64,000 nt of DNA from Macrostomum lignano (GCA_002269645.1 NIVC01002278.1:1-64000); one strand, 5' to 3'. Positions 28,276 through 46,375 are shown, numbered from the stretch's first letter. Notes: generated by a model not told the origin, from the sequence alone. Numbers and translations are program-made.

Positions 28276-29675
28276 CTGTTGCCATAACCGCACGGACTGC
28301 TCATGTAGTCGCATGCGGGTTCCTTCATTCAGGCATTCAGACTTGACAATGAGAAAACACAGCTGGCGGAAGCCAAGCCATCGTCATGCATCTGGCTTCA
28401 TTGCTCTTACAGTACATGTACGTGTCCTCAATTGACCCCGAGGAGGCTCTCTATTATGCCGGTCTATTTTTAGCTCATGACTCAGCCACAGTCGAGTCGT
28501 TCAGTTGAATTAGGAAGCTGGCTGGGTGTCGCACTATGCAAATTTGTCAGGCGCCAATGCAAATTTAGGGGAGGGAAACTGGACGGATTGATCCGCGCGG
28601 CTTCCCAAATCCTTTGATCTTTCATCGGTGCCGCTGCTGTAAAATGACGTCTTAATATTAGCTGGAAACTTGGTTGCGAAGGCAATGCAGTTTCGAACAA
28701 ACCAATTTCAGTGCCGTTGTAAACCGGCTTATTGAAATCGCAACAATTAGTCTTTCTGAATAGTTTTCTTTTCAGAGAGAAGTCGATAAACCTGCATATC
28801 TATCTTCATTATTAGACTGCATGTAGCTTTTCAAGCTCCTTGTTAATTTTTTACCATCTGCCGATATGTAGAGAAAATTACTTTATCAATCTACCAAAAT
28901 TCTATTTATAATTAGACGTTCCAATCAATGAGAATGAATGGACCGCTTTGCTCCATTAACTTGATGCACTTGCAGGTCCACCTTCAATAAAACTGATTAT
29001 AATTGACTGCCTGCTTGAAAGCCGCATGCACAATGCATTTCTATATCGCTAATTGGACTTTCAATAAAATTTGGGAATTTGGCTATGCATGTAAAAAGAA
29101 GCAAATAGTTTCATTCAATTTCTCACATGCTATAGCTGCATTGGCTCATTCACCTGATACACATGAGTAGGCGGTTGCTTAGGCCTATTTTTAGTGCGGC
29201 ACCAGCAGCAAAATTGAAGTGCTCAAGATGAACTTCGCGGATGCTGAGACACCAGGCCGCTTTGTTAAGAGTGGGTGTCAGTTTCAGTTCAGAATTAAAG
29301 AAAGCGTGGGCGTCCTGAGACCAGCTATTTGAAATTCGCTTCATCTAAACCGATGAGGTGAAACCTGAGTAGGCGTGTAGCCAGCTGCTGAGAATGGCGG
29401 TATGAGTAGAGCTGTTTAAAATTAGAGAGTGGCTGCATGACTAATGATATGTTTCTTCCAGTATGTTCCAGTACTCAGACAGCCTACCAACCGTTTTGTT
29501 GGATATTTTTGCTGCTTCTAGAAGGCTTTGGCTCAATAGTATAAATTTGTTTTTTTTAAAGAAAAGACGCTTTCATCGTCTAAATTTGGCCAGTTTTAAC
29601 GCATTGCACTTAATGAGAAAAGCTTCTCAAAACTCAATTATATCAGTGTTAGAACTAAGCCAGTCACTAGGATAT

Positions 29676-31305
29676 AGATCCAATCATCCAATCATCTATG
29701 ACGCATGATAATAGATCCAATCATCTATGATGCATGATAACAGATCCAATCATCTATGATGCATGATAATAGATCCAATCATCTATGATGCATGATAATA
29801 GATCCAATCATCTATGATGCATGATAATAGATCTAATCATCTATGATGCATGATAATAGATCCAATCATCTATGATGCATGATAATAGATCTAAGCATGT
29901 ATGACGAATGACAATAGATTTAATCATCTATGATGCATGACAATAGATCTAATCATCTATGATGCATGATAATAGATCTAATCATCTGTGAGGAATGACA
30001 ATAGATCTAATCATCTATGATGCATGATAACAGATCTAATCATCTTTGATGCATGATAACAGATCTAATCATCTTTGATGCATGATAACAGATCTAATCA
30101 TCTTTGATGCATGATAATAGATCTAATCATCTTTGATGCATGATAACAGATCTAATCATCTATGATGCATGATAATAGATCCAATCATCTATGATGCATG
30201 ATAATGGATCCAATCATCTATGATGCATGATAATAGATCTAATCATCTATGATGCATGATAATAGATCCAATCATCTATGATGCATGATAATAGATCTAA
30301 GCATGTATGACGAATGACAATAGATTTAATCATCTATGATGCATGACAATAGATCTAATCATCTATGATGCATGATAATAGATCTAATCATCTATGATGC
30401 ATGATAACAGATCTAATCATCTTTGATGCATGATAACAGATCTAATCATCTTTGATGCATGATAACAGATCTAATCATCTTTGATGCATGATAATAGATC
30501 TAATCATCTTTGATGCATGATAACAGATCTAATCATCTATGATGCATGATAATAGATCCAATCATCTATGATGCATGATAATAGATCCAATCATCTATGA
30601 TGCATGATAATAGATCCAATCATCTATGATGCATGATAATAGATCTAATCATCTATGACGCATGATAATAGATCCAATCATCTATGATGCATGATAATAG
30701 ATCCAATCATCCAATCATCTATGATGCATGATAATAGATCTAATCATCTATGAGGAATGACAATAGATCTAATCATCTATGATGCATGATAATAGATATA
30801 ATAATCTTTGATGCATGATAACAGATCTAATCATCTATGACACATGATAATAGATCTAATCATCTATGAGGAATGACAATAGATCTAATCATCTATGATG
30901 CATGATAATAGATATAATAATCTTTGATGCATGATAACAGATCCAATCATCTTTGATGCATGATAACAGACCTAATCATCTTTGATGCATGATAACAGAC
31001 CTAATCATCTTTGATGCATGATAACAGACCTAATCATCTATGATGCATGATAATAGATATAATAATCTTTGATGCATGATAACAGATCTAATCATCTTTG
31101 ATGCATGATAACAGATCTAATCATCTTTGATGCATGATAATAGATCTAATCATCTATGAGGAATGACAATAGATCTAATCATCTATGATGCATGATAATA
31201 GATATAATAATCTTTGATGCATGATAACAGATCTAATCATCTATGATGCATGATAATAGATCCGATCATCTATGATGCATGATAATAGATCCGATCATCT
31301 ATGAT
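29676..31305 (+). repeat. 29-bp minisatellite (GATCTAATCATCTATGATGCATGATAATA)n, about 55 copies
   Basis: Read directly. Confidence 0.97.
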
Positions 31306-32699
31306 TTCATTAACGATATTAGTAAAGAATACTCTAAGATAATTCTATTCACAAGTAGAGAATTATGGAATTAGCAGATTTCAGTGAGGTTTTACTGCCA
31401 CAGATGCTTACACAATGGCCGCATGCGATCGGTGATGCAGAACCATGCAGCCTTGATTGTCCCGAGTATAATGAGCGATATGAAAGTGGGAAGTAAAATC
31501 TGCCCTAACACACAGATTACCTTTCATCATGCTCGCAGCGCTAAGCCAGTGATGACGCACACCGGATACACTCAAATCTTACTCTGCCAAGTCAATTGCC
31601 GGCCGCTGCAGGGAGAAAAGTGACAGTGGGATGGAACCAGAGGGGCACGGATTCCAGCCCACTCTCAATAAGAGAAGCCAGAGTCTGGTTGCCATGGAGA
31701 CACACAGACAAAAGAGACAGGCAAGTTTCCCAATTCTGTCAGAGACAATTGAATGTAAAATTCTGCCTCTGAAGCTAATATTCTTCTTTTTTTTAAGAAA
31801 AGAACTGGCACTGCTCAAGCTATATGAATAACTGTTAAAGAGGCAGAGATTCGGTCTGACTATTCAACAAGGAAGAATTTAAGCACCAAAGATAAAAATG
31901 TACAAACAAGAGCGACGCTCGGAGCCCTGCGCAGTGCAAACAATGCTCCACCGCCGCGACTGTAGCTCCATCAACCACTTCAGCCTTCTTGGCTGGCCTG
32001 GCCGCATTCTAAAATTAGTCTCCCTCGCAACGGAGAAGGCTATTAATAGCTTCAGCTCCGCTATCCACCCACGCGTTTCCGTGTTGTTGGCGTCGTGAGC
32101 TGTGGCTGATAAAAAAGTTTCCGTGGCTACTCAAGCGCGCATTCCTCCCGGAGAGGAGAAAATCTGCATGGGGCGCCGTAGCGGCCCAGCGACCTGTCAG
32201 ATCGCATGATATTCAAGCGTCGAACGGCCTGTCGACCAGGGCAACTGGGTGGGGGGCAGCGAGGGGACAAAGAGGGGGACACAGCTAATTTTAGCCCCTT
32301 CCTACTTGGGATTCTGTCAAATCCGGCGGCTCCATCCTCTGGCTTACCTCTACGAGCTGCTCATCGCATTTTCTCATCATATTAATTCCCAGTGGCCAAG
32401 TTTACTCCCATCTCCGCACCACTCTTCCCCCTTCTGTCTGCCTCTTCTCCGCATCAAAAGGGCTTTCTTTTCCCTTACCTCTCACGGAAATCCCCAGACT
32501 GGCCGACATTGCGATGGGGGACGGCGGTTGCCAAGTCGAGTTTCGTCACGGGTGAAGCTTCAGACTGCTCGGCTTGGCAAAGATTCCTCGAAGAAAGAAT
32601 TCGAAAGCAGAGTGATGAGTAAAACAGGCGGGCCAGGACAGACAGGGATGTCCTGTTCTGCTTTGCAGAGCTGAGATTAACGATTTCATATCGAATTTG

Positions 32700-36258
<3,559 letters not shown>

Positions 36259-36437
36259 CCTTATCAGAACGCAGGTGCTAAAAGAGATAAGATAACTGTC
36301 TTGGATAATTAATTTAAATGCTAAAATTATATGCAATTGTTGTCGCATCTGTGCTGAGTGAGAAGTCATTGCTGGTGCTAGCGAGTCTGCACAGCCGGTT
36401 CTGCTTTGGGAGCTGTGAGTTGGTTTCAGCCGCGTAG

Positions 36438-36575
36438 GCGGGGGAGCGGGAGATCCACCTGGTTCACCTGGAGCAGCAGCGAGCCTCTGATGCACGGCGG
36501 GCCGAGGATCTGGGAAATAAGCTGTGGGATTTGCGTGACCTGAGCTTCCCTACCCGGGCCTGTCCAAAAGCCTTG
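36438..36575 (+). CDS. Candidate internal coding exon, gene unknown
   Basis: cgcgtag|GCG...TTG|gtgagc, 46 open codons (AGEREIHLVHLEQQRASDARRAEDLGNKLWDLRDLSFPTRACPKAL), phase 0-0, codon usage like the other exons here. Confidence 0.4.
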
Positions 36576-39500
36576 GTGAGCATACATGTGCATATTTGCA
36601 CAAAACAAATTTTGGTCAGAAAAAATCACAGTTTCAGATGTCGAACGCCCACCTGGTGCCTGCAGCCTCTGCAATAACTGACTCTCTCTCTTTTTCCGTT
36701 TATGTCTTTAATGTGCTCGCCAATATCGTCGCATGCGTCCGGCGTTCATTGCAGTGTGTGGGCGTCACCCATGCAGTGGGCGGGAGGTCCGTTCTCAGCT
36801 GGGCATTTTACATGTAGGTGCAGTTGCTTTTGACTGATAAAAGTCATGGACAAGTACATGTAGCTCGTGAATTAGAAGATACAGAAAGTTCTATCTACTA
36901 GTTTTTGCTGCATTGGCGACATTGGAAATTCTCAGTTTTATGGCACTGAATTCCCAATGTCTCACTTGATGAACATAGAATTCCAGATGAAGTATAAGAA
37001 TGGGTTTCACTCATAATTTCAAGAAAAGTTTGAAAAAAGTAATTATTGAGAGCTGCATGATTTTGCAACTGTTTGCCTATCGCCCACAATGGGATTTCGG
37101 TATGAGGAAATTCGGTTGAGGAAAAAGTTATATGGTGCAAAAAATACTACATGTGTTTTTTTCAGACTGATTATTAGAATTCGATTTCACTAGAAATTGA
37201 GTGCGCAATTCGGATCAATCAGGTTTGCATTTTATTTCACCCCAAGATAAAACGAGCCTTTAGATAGAACCGATTGCCCCAGAGAAATCTATTTTGAGTT
37301 GAAATCAGGCTGAAAACAGATTAGCTTATCAGTGTCGCTCTGACACTGATAAACTATTTTTAGACCTTCATATACAGCATTTTCAATCAGCACTGATTTA
37401 GTCGACTCTCTTCACTCTATTTATCTATCTGTATATTTAATCTGGCATTTCATAACCAAGCTGTCTCTCTTGGTGTCGATCATTTTAGCATAGAATATTT
37501 TTACAACAGTCGATATTAGATAGATTTGTCATTCTAGCTGATTTGAACTTTGGTGAACTCACATCTGCATGAGTGACGAATGTAACTCCAAAAGGGGTAA
37601 CCGGCCGTATTACCCTATTCAGGGAACTGACTGATATATAGTGATTGACACGGTCGGGCAGCATAGCAATTGACGGATGTGGACTCTAACTACACTATAG
37701 TTTTGATCTTGTTAATATGCCATTTATATATATGAATTTTGCGCCTTATGCTGCATCAATTATAGTTACGGGAATAATATAAAAGCAGTGGCTGCGTCAC
37801 TTGGCGCTTATTATAGATGCAGAAAACTCATATACGAGTATATTTACTTTGCAGGGATCCACTTCACTTGATCTATACATGATCTGCAGTCAACGTAGTG
37901 CGTCAGTCCATCTATAAATGTATTATTTTGTAATATCAGTTTCGTGCACTAATTGTCTACTTCCGAGCTAGGAGCACTTGTCACAAAATCAGTGCATGGT
38001 TATAAAATGTAAATTATAGTTTAAGAACTACTCAGAGTAATATGAGTAGACAAGTACGCGGCTTAGCCTAGACCGACTATTGTTTGTTACTGCTTGCACC
38101 TGTGTAAATATTACCGCGACGGAGTACCTGTTACCGTCTGTCAGCATAGCCAGCAAAGCCAGCAGTCACTTCAGTATACGATGGTTTTAATGTAAATAGT
38201 GCACAGCATGAGGAGCCTTGTGCAATCCACGAAGGATCTGATGGTCGGGCCAAGATATCCAAACCCATGCAGAGTACATGGAGCGCGAGGAAGCAGGGTT
38301 CATCAACCAAAGGCCAAGCAAAAGTAAAGTATAGGCAGCAGTGACGAGGACACGACCATCGACGATTTAATTATCTGCTGAGGCTAACAGATCTCACTCG
38401 CTATATGTACGCACACAGCTTCAGGTATTTCGGATTGGAGGATAAATCATAGATAGATCGGCCGAGGCACGCAAGACTATACGATCTGCATATAGCTCTT
38501 CCACACGCGCGCTCGCAAAACAGGCGGGAGGCTAGTAGGCAGTTGGCTGCGGTCTGGGGGCTGAGACCCTGTCTGCCAGTCAGCAACAAAACAGTCCAAA
38601 CATTTTTGATTACTCCAGCTAATCTTTACATTCGAAATTTGATATTGACTGAATAATACTTATATAATAATTTTGTTGTTGTTGTGAAACGAGGGTGGAA
38701 AGTGTATGCTTACCACGGATTGCAGCCCGGGGAGGGGCTGCCGCTGGACATAGAAGGGGCCATACTACCGGGGCATAAAGCCCAAGAGGCCCAGATTGGG
38801 GTAAGGACTCAGGGCCCAGCGAAATAGCCTTATTGGATGCTACTAGCCCAAGCCTATGGGTACACCGCCAACCCAACAGTGAAATCAGGACGACGGCTGC
38901 AAAGACTGATATCCTGATCCTTGGCCACCAGCCAACGACAAAACCCGAGTGCGCGCGCAGAAAGATTGGGATTAAAAATCTTGGAAATATACTCAATACC
39001 GCGGAAATATACGTGAAAAAATACTCATTTTAATCACCTACTGGATGAATTGCTCTCCATCAATTTCATACAACTGGTACTCGTTTTATAATTCCTTATT
39101 TAAATACTTTTCGTTTCAGTTGGCTCCATTTAAAAGTTCGTTCGAAGATTCGAATAAAAATTTTAGCTGCTCTTTTAAATACTATATTTGTAATGAAATG
39201 TAAATACCGAGGAGCCTGTTTTGAATTCTCAGCCGAAAGTGCCAAATCAGAGCGGCCAACTCTTACGAGCGAATCATTGACAATTTATTATATATATGAT
39301 TTAATTGTTCATTAAAACAAAACTACATTATAAAACAATTAAGCAACATTATACATAAATACATACAGTAGAAAGTACAATAAAAGAGAAATACTAAAGA
39401 AATGCTGTAAAACAAATACAGCAGACATACAGTAAAAACAAATTTTTTTACTTTTAAATTAGATACGCAGATATAATATTACATATTTTTTGACAAAACT

Positions 39501-40761
39501 AGAAAACTTCAAATCTGCATGTATCCTACTCTTAAGTTATTATTAAATTTTTAATACATGACTTATACAAGGACCACAGAAGAAGAAGGACGGGACACTT
39601 CGTTTCTTGGAAAATTTATTAAAGGCAGATTTTCACGGGAAAATGCACTAGCAAGATAGGAAGTTTTCACTTTAATGGTGGTAGCTTTTTATTGGAAGCA
39701 GATACAAAGCTCTTCTTTTGATATAACTTACAAAACATGTTGCTTCGACGGATTTTATAAATATTTTTTTCATAAATAAATGATCTTCATATTATTTTAG
39801 TTACTAGCTATATCATGCTGCAATTATAGTCTAAAGCTAACTAGTGACTAACTTGAATTTTACAATATCTGTTTTATCGAATGCATCTATTTATTAGCAA
39901 TATAGCATTAAAAAACAGTTGACAATAGTAGTGTTGCACTACACTATCCCATATGAGCATATATCTTACTTTGATTCCCAAAGCTGACTCTGCAATCCCA
40001 TAGGCCTACTGCTAGGTTTTTGGGCCATGCCATATGAGGTTTTTTGGCCCCTTGAAAATTTCATTAGCAACTGGGTTTTAGGCATTAGAGGCTAATCTAG
40101 CAACTTTATTTTCTCCATGTTAGTTAGGCCTACCAATTTCAAAAAATTATTTTGTAAATGTAATAAAAGTGCCATATAAATTGATATGATGGAATTATTA
40201 GTTTGTTATTAATTGCAGCATAGATAGCAATCTTAGAGTAGAAAGAACTAATTTTGCTTTTCCAACATAGCCTTGAAAATATACATCCTCAAGAATTTGG
40301 CTAGTTGCCAATGGGCAACCAAAAATTGGTTGGACTAGGCCTAGTCATTGGCAACTAGATTTTGAGCCCCAAAGGCCAGCTGGCAACTTGATTTCTAACC
40401 TTGAAAAAACCTAGCCATATTGTATATTATTTTCAAGTTAGAACTTACTTAAAATTGGCTTAGAAAAAGAAATGCATGTCCCTATGCACTTGAAAAGGAT
40501 CAATGACCAAAACCACTCCTTTGAAAAGGTTTGCATTCAAAAGTATAAAGTGGTTATTTGTGTAAATTAATCTAAGCATTGTCGTGGTTTGTGGTAGCCT
40601 TGAATAAAAAAGAAATGGTAGCAAAACTGACTTATATGCCAATAAGTATTATTTATCAACATATATAGCCTATATTAAGTAAAAACAAATAATACCTATA
40701 GTTTTTAATTTCTCTAAAACTTTGTCTGTGACTGCATGCTTACCTTAAAGCAGTAAGTAAG

Positions 40762-41809
40762 TGAGGTGGGGGCGGAGAAGATTTATAATTTTGACTTATA
40801 TGACTTATAAGATTTATAATTTTGATTTTGAATCAGCAGTTTGCGTTGTTGGTCAACACTAGTGAGGTGGGGCAGATTCCACGTTTGAATTGCCGCCTGC
40901 ATTGTCTCGACACTTATAAAGCCAGAAAATTTCTCAAGTTGATGCACTGATTCTTCTCCTTGGTTACTCTGTCTGCCAGGGTCCTCAATTCCGGGGGGAG
41001 GGTAGTTGTAATCGCAGTCGAGCAGTCTTTTGTGGCACGGTCATTCAAATTGGGTTCTCAGACACCGTAGAATTCGTAAATTGTCAATATGCTTGGTTTG
41101 TTACTATCAGTAGTAAAGTAGCGCTGCCACTACCGTAATTTCATATTACAGAATGTTAAGGGTCTCAGAGCTTTCTTTGAGATGAGACTGATTGGTTATT
41201 TTATACCCTGCGGGCAAATGACTTAATAAAGACTATAAGCTTCAATTCGGAACAACTGAATAAATTAATAATGTTGGCCATTGCTAGTTGTTATTAATAT
41301 TAATTCACATAAGATAAACAAATAATAAAACAAGCTTATTAGGAGTTATTGGTAATATAAATTAATAAAAGGCTCCTTACGACAGGGTGATTTGGTGTGC
41401 CAAGAGTCGACTGACGAACTAAAGTTAAAATGCTATTGATTGAGCTAGTAAACTATTAGAAAGGAATTAGGGGGGAGCTAAGAGAGGAAATTGCCTGAAA
41501 ACTAAAAGTACTGCAGGCAAAGATTTTTATACAATAAAAATTTACTAAAAACAAGGGGTAGGACACAAGGGGAAGCACCAGGGGCGAGCACAAGTTGGAA
41601 AGAGGCAAAAACCCACGGGGGGAGCACAGTAAAACAAGGCAAAAACAAAGGAAGGAGCAACAGAGGGAACAGAGGTGGGAGCAACAAAGGGAAAACAAAA
41701 CTATTGTCTATTGGAGCCACTGGTGACATCAAATACCACTCCTCCGGAGGGAGGTGTGGTGTGGTCGCCAACTGCTGCCAGAACCCCAGTGGTAGACCGG
41801 CCTACCACA
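40762..41809 (-). mobile_element. 3' LTR (1048 bp)
   Basis: Same termini as the 5' LTR; carries about 245 bp (about 41286-41530) absent from the 5' LTR. Confidence 0.9.
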
Positions 41810-42789
41810 GGTGCAGAGGCGCCGGGGGGAACAGGCAATAGTCAACGAACGTCTCCAGTCGTCATTCAGGTACGCCGGCCCTGCAACGCCAGCTGGCCTC
41901 GGCAAGCAGCTGGGCATTCGGTTTGGGCTAAGGCAGCGCCGAGCAATTGGAGTTGCTGGCCATCAAAATGTAGTCGCTCGGGACAGCATTCAATGGCGGC
42001 ATCCCAGAGTTGTTGCAAGCATGGGAGCCACCCCTGCTGGAGGTGGCCGGCCTCCTAGTAGGCAATAGTCAGAAATAAGGCAAGGGCCGGCTGGGGTCCT
42101 CCTTGGTGCAGGCACTCCTCCGTGCATTGCAAGGCCTCATCCAGCAGGTTGTGAGTAGAAGGCAGAGACATTTGGCGGCACAGGGCCCACCATGGCGCAT
42201 CCACCTGGACCTGGCCCTTTTCAGCCGCTTAAAGATAGGCCACGTTCAGAGCTTGGCGCAACTGGTTGCAGGCTAGCGCCGTGCTGCTTGCAGCGGCGGC
42301 GTAGGCCTGCAGGGTGTCGGTCTCACTTGCTGATAGCTAGGATGCCCGGGTGGTCAGCAGTTTGGCAGGAGCATTCTGGTTCGGGTTGTTGGACTCAGAA
42401 TTCATGGCGTGAATTTGGTTGATGATGCAGTCTTCACAGATCAAATGCCAAACAAACAGGCTTGGTGAAAATTGGAAAATTGCTCCTTTAAATAGTGTAC
42501 AAGATATTCCAACTGGTGGAATTTTAAACTAACCAGAGGAAATAAAATTCAACCGCTGGAATTGAGCCATCACCCCTCGTGCACTCTAAGGTGCATGCAA
42601 AGTTGGGGTGGGCGCATGAATCAGAGTCATAAAATAGATAACTGCGCGGCAGGGGTCCAAAATCAAAAGGAAGAATGGGGTGCCTCACATAGCTCACATA
42701 AACAGGTTGGCGGTTAGAGAGAGGGGGGCTGAATAATCACATAAACAGTAGTTAGAATAATAGTAAAAAACATAGGTAGTTCCTAAAAA

Positions 42790-44830
42790 TTAGGCTGGGT
42801 TGACTTCACTGTCTTCGCTCGACTCATAGGGCAGCATTGGCCTCTCTGTCTGGCACGGCGGCACCTTGATGATATTGTTACAGTGAACTAGCATTTTAGC
42901 TGGGCATCCTTGGCAGGCTGTCGCTGGCTTGATCCAATATGCTACTTCTCCGACTTTCCTGACGACCTTGTACATACTCTTGTATGGCCGGTGGAACTTA
43001 GGCAGCTCTCCCAGTTCGAGCTTCGGGTTGGCCAGGCAGACCAAGTCTCTAGGGTGCAGCTCCATGGGCTTTAGCCGGTTCTCGTAGTACTCCTCTCGGC
43101 GCTGGATCTTGGTCCTCAGTCGCTATCGCACAATTTGTTCTGTCTCGGCCAGTCTGCGCTGATGCTTGGCAATGTACTCTGGGAGATCAGCTGATACATC
43201 TAGTCAGTCTAGGATGTTATTGATCGGATACTGATAGGTGGTAGGGCACTCCATAGACAACATAATGCGGCAAGAACCCGGTTGTACGATTGACTGCTGA
43301 TCTAAAAGCTGTTAAAGCGGCTGGCAACTTGTCCCATTGTTGATGGTCTTCTAGGAGGCAAGTGAGCACCTTATTGATGTTCTTATTGCACGACTCGGCT
43401 TGTCCATTGGCCCAGGGCGAATACGGCGGTGTCGTGGTCTGCCGGATACCATAAACTTCGCAGAAATGCCGGAACTTGTGTCCTGTGAACTGTTTTCCTT
43501 GATCGGAGTGAATCCATGCCAGGATTCCAGTGATCGGAAACACTTGTTCCTGCAGGAGCATTATAATGGTCTTGGCCGGCTGATTCTTCATGGCGAAAGC
43601 GAAGGGGTATTTCAATATGGTGTCGACGGAGGTCAAGATGTACTTGTTTCCTTAGTCTGTCGGGTCACCAGTGGGGCCCAGGATGTTGATTGCACATTGC
43701 CCATAGATTTTGCAGACCAGAAACAATTGTACATGCGCTGGAATTTGTCGCCATCCTTTGCTCTGAGTGCAGGTCTGGCAGGAAGCGACATAGTTGGACA
43801 CTGCCTTGGCCAGGGCAGGTCGCCAGAACCTTTTGCACACATTCGCAATGGTGAGGTCTCGGCCTATGTGTCCGCAGTAGGGCGAACCGTGGAGGTCGGC
43901 AAACACCATGGCATCGAGACTCTTCGGAAGGACGATCCATGCCATTTCTTCCTTGCCAACATCATCAAGATATATCACCAGTAATCTATCGTCTTGGACT
44001 TCGAGCTGTTCGTAGAATGCTAATAGATTTCGTTGTCTCGAAAGCCTCGCCGTAGGACTCCTTTGGCTTAGTTGGTGGTCTCCGTCACTTACGGTGGGTT
44101 GACGGCTTCTTGCTCGGTGGAGGGCTAGGGTGACCGCTGTTGTGGACCTTCAGCACTGCTGCACCAGTTATTGCGGCTGGCTGCTTACTTTGGTCCTCAT
44201 CAGCTGCCTCTCACTGAGCCTCCTCCATACATTCAGTGTTGTCCTTGGGCCATCTCGAGAGACCGTCGGCATTTTGGTGCTGACTCAATTTGCGATGCTG
44301 GATCTTGAACTCAAATTCACTTAGCCACTGTAGCCATCGTCCAAAGATGCCTACTTGCTGAGTTCGATGGAGAATCCAGGTCAACGCTGCATGGTCGGTT
44401 TGACAAATGAACTTCTTGGCCAGTAGGTAGAAACAGAAATGCCGCATGCCGTCTACACCTGCCAAGAGTTCTTGCTTAGTAATCGGATATTGGGCTTCAG
44501 CCAGTTTGAGTCGCCAGGAGAAATAGCCAGAAACTTCTCCAGAAACTCGAAGCCCACGATGTTGTCATGAAATCCCTTCACTAGCAGAAACTTGACTATA
44601 GGCTTGAAACTTCCAATTTTAACTTTGATTGTTAGTTGGCCTGCCATTTGAATAGGTTCTCCATTGTAGGTCACAATGCATTGCAGGCAGGGCTCAATTT
44701 GGCCACGCAGGGTTGGGTCATTGGTACATAGTCGGTGCCAGGTGCTGAATCCTAGGACTTCGCACTTGGAGCCAGTGTCAAACAGAAAAGCAAAATAACA
44801 ACCCTGAATCTCACCAGTTAGAAATGGATC
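42790..44830 (-). pseudogene. Decayed pol: protease, C-terminal RNase H, integrase; RT missing
   Basis: FLFDTGSKC (protease, about 44775), YPITKQELLAGV...TDHAALTWI...HQNADGLSR (RNase H), HGSPYCGHIGRD...CQTC (zinc finger), WIHSDQGKQF...PYSPWANGQAESCNK (integrase core). Confidence 0.88.
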
Positions 44831-44879
44831 CCTTTGGGGTCGCTTGGGTGCAGAGTTCTATACAGGTGTGGCGAAGGCG

Positions 44880-46309
44880 GTCTTAGCAGTGGCCTGCTGA
44901 GCGACTTAAGTCCTCAGCGGGGACTTTAGTACTGGCTCGGCTACTGGATGGCGCTGACCCCATTGGCGCATCCAGCCGTCCCATTTCCCAAGCTGCCGTG
45001 GCTGGGATGCGGTGCTGGCCAACCGCCAGTGCGGGCACTTGTCGGTGCAGTGCTCGCAATTGTACCTGTAACACATGGCACTCTGTCGCCATAGCTGATA
45101 GGGCGGCGGGTGAAAACCCGACTATTGCTGCTACAGCTGCTGCTGCTGTCAATGTTGACCTCCTGCTGGTGGCATCCTTGGCGGCAGGTTGCTGCCGTCT
45201 CGTGGTTGCTGAAGTTGATAGAACTGCTCGTGCTGCACAATCCGTGTGCCGGGTGTCTTGAATTGGGCGCTCTCATCGGCGCTGCGGCGAGGAGTCGAGG
45301 GAACCAAACATCTGTTGCATTGGCCCTGTGGCTGGTGGCGTGCAGGTTCCCATGGCTCCTGGGTATTGTTATTGCGCAATCCCAGCAAGTAGAACTCTCG
45401 CAGCTCATTGCTCAAAGCTTCCAGAAGACGTCGCTGCTCTTGCAGAGCCTCAGTTTGCTGTTCCATCACTTCACGCAACCAATTCTCCTCGGGCCGAGAT
45501 GACTTGTTGTGTTGCACTCTAGTTGGTGACTGACCATTGTCATCCTCAAGAACCCGGACGTGTCTTGCTGCTGGCGGCGGTGCTACTCTCTGAGCCAGAC
45601 TAGCTGCTGTCTCCAGGCATAGCACAGCCCTTCTTGCTGCAGTCAGATTCTGTGGTCGCACCAGGATTAGCTGTTCTCTGGCCGACTGGGCAATTCGCAC
45701 TCCCACAGTGAACTGGTCCACTAGCTCGGCCTGCTTCTGAACCAGGGTGAAGTGCAGAAATGCTCTATCGGCCAGAGCAATTAATCAATCGCTGTAGTCG
45801 TCCACACTCTCATTCTTGCCTTGCTGGCAGCACCGGAATTGCTCGCGGTACTCCAGCGTGTTGGCCACATGCGTGAAGCATTCGGACAATCTCTGCTTGA
45901 ATTTGCCAAACGTCAGATTGTCCGGCAGTTCCATCTTGACAACTTTGAGATAGGTGGTGGCAATGTCCAAATTCACTAGGACCTCCGCATTCTTACATCT
46001 GTCGTCTACGATCCCGTTAAGTTTGCAACACTCTTCAAGAGCTTGGATCCAAATGTCAAAGTCCTGGTTTGGGGTGTACCGCTGAATCTTGACCGGTTTC
46101 GGCGCTAGAGCTTGGTCAGGCTGTTCGGGCGGCTGATACATGTGGTGATGGTGTTGCGGCTGTCCTTAGTTGGCTTGCTCCAGTTGCTGTCGCACCTCTT
46201 TGGTCACTGCTCGAATCATCTTGTCGTAGGTCAGCCTAGTAGTTTAGTTGTCGGGGCCCACAGTGTCGGTTGTCGCATTCGCGGCCGTTGAGTTAGTTGT
46301 TGAAGCCAT
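44880..46309 (-). pseudogene. Decayed gag
   Basis: ATG at 46309; fragments KIQRYTPNQDFDIWIQALEECC...EQFRCCQQGKNESVDDYSD and DQFTVGVRIAQSAREQLILVRPQNLTAARRAV, separated by stops and frameshifts. Confidence 0.8.
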
Positions 46310-46357
46310 GACATAAATTTTAAACGACTTGTTGAAGGGATTTCGGCGTTTCGTTAT

Positions 46358-46375
46358 CCCACTTAGCTGACACCA
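46358..46375 (-). promoter_or_regulatory. Primer-binding site, tRNA-Leu-like
   Basis: TGGTGTCAGCTAAGTGGG 1 nt after the LTR; resembles the complement of the tRNA-Leu(CAA/CAG) 3' end (TGGTGTCAGAAGTGGG). Confidence 0.7.
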
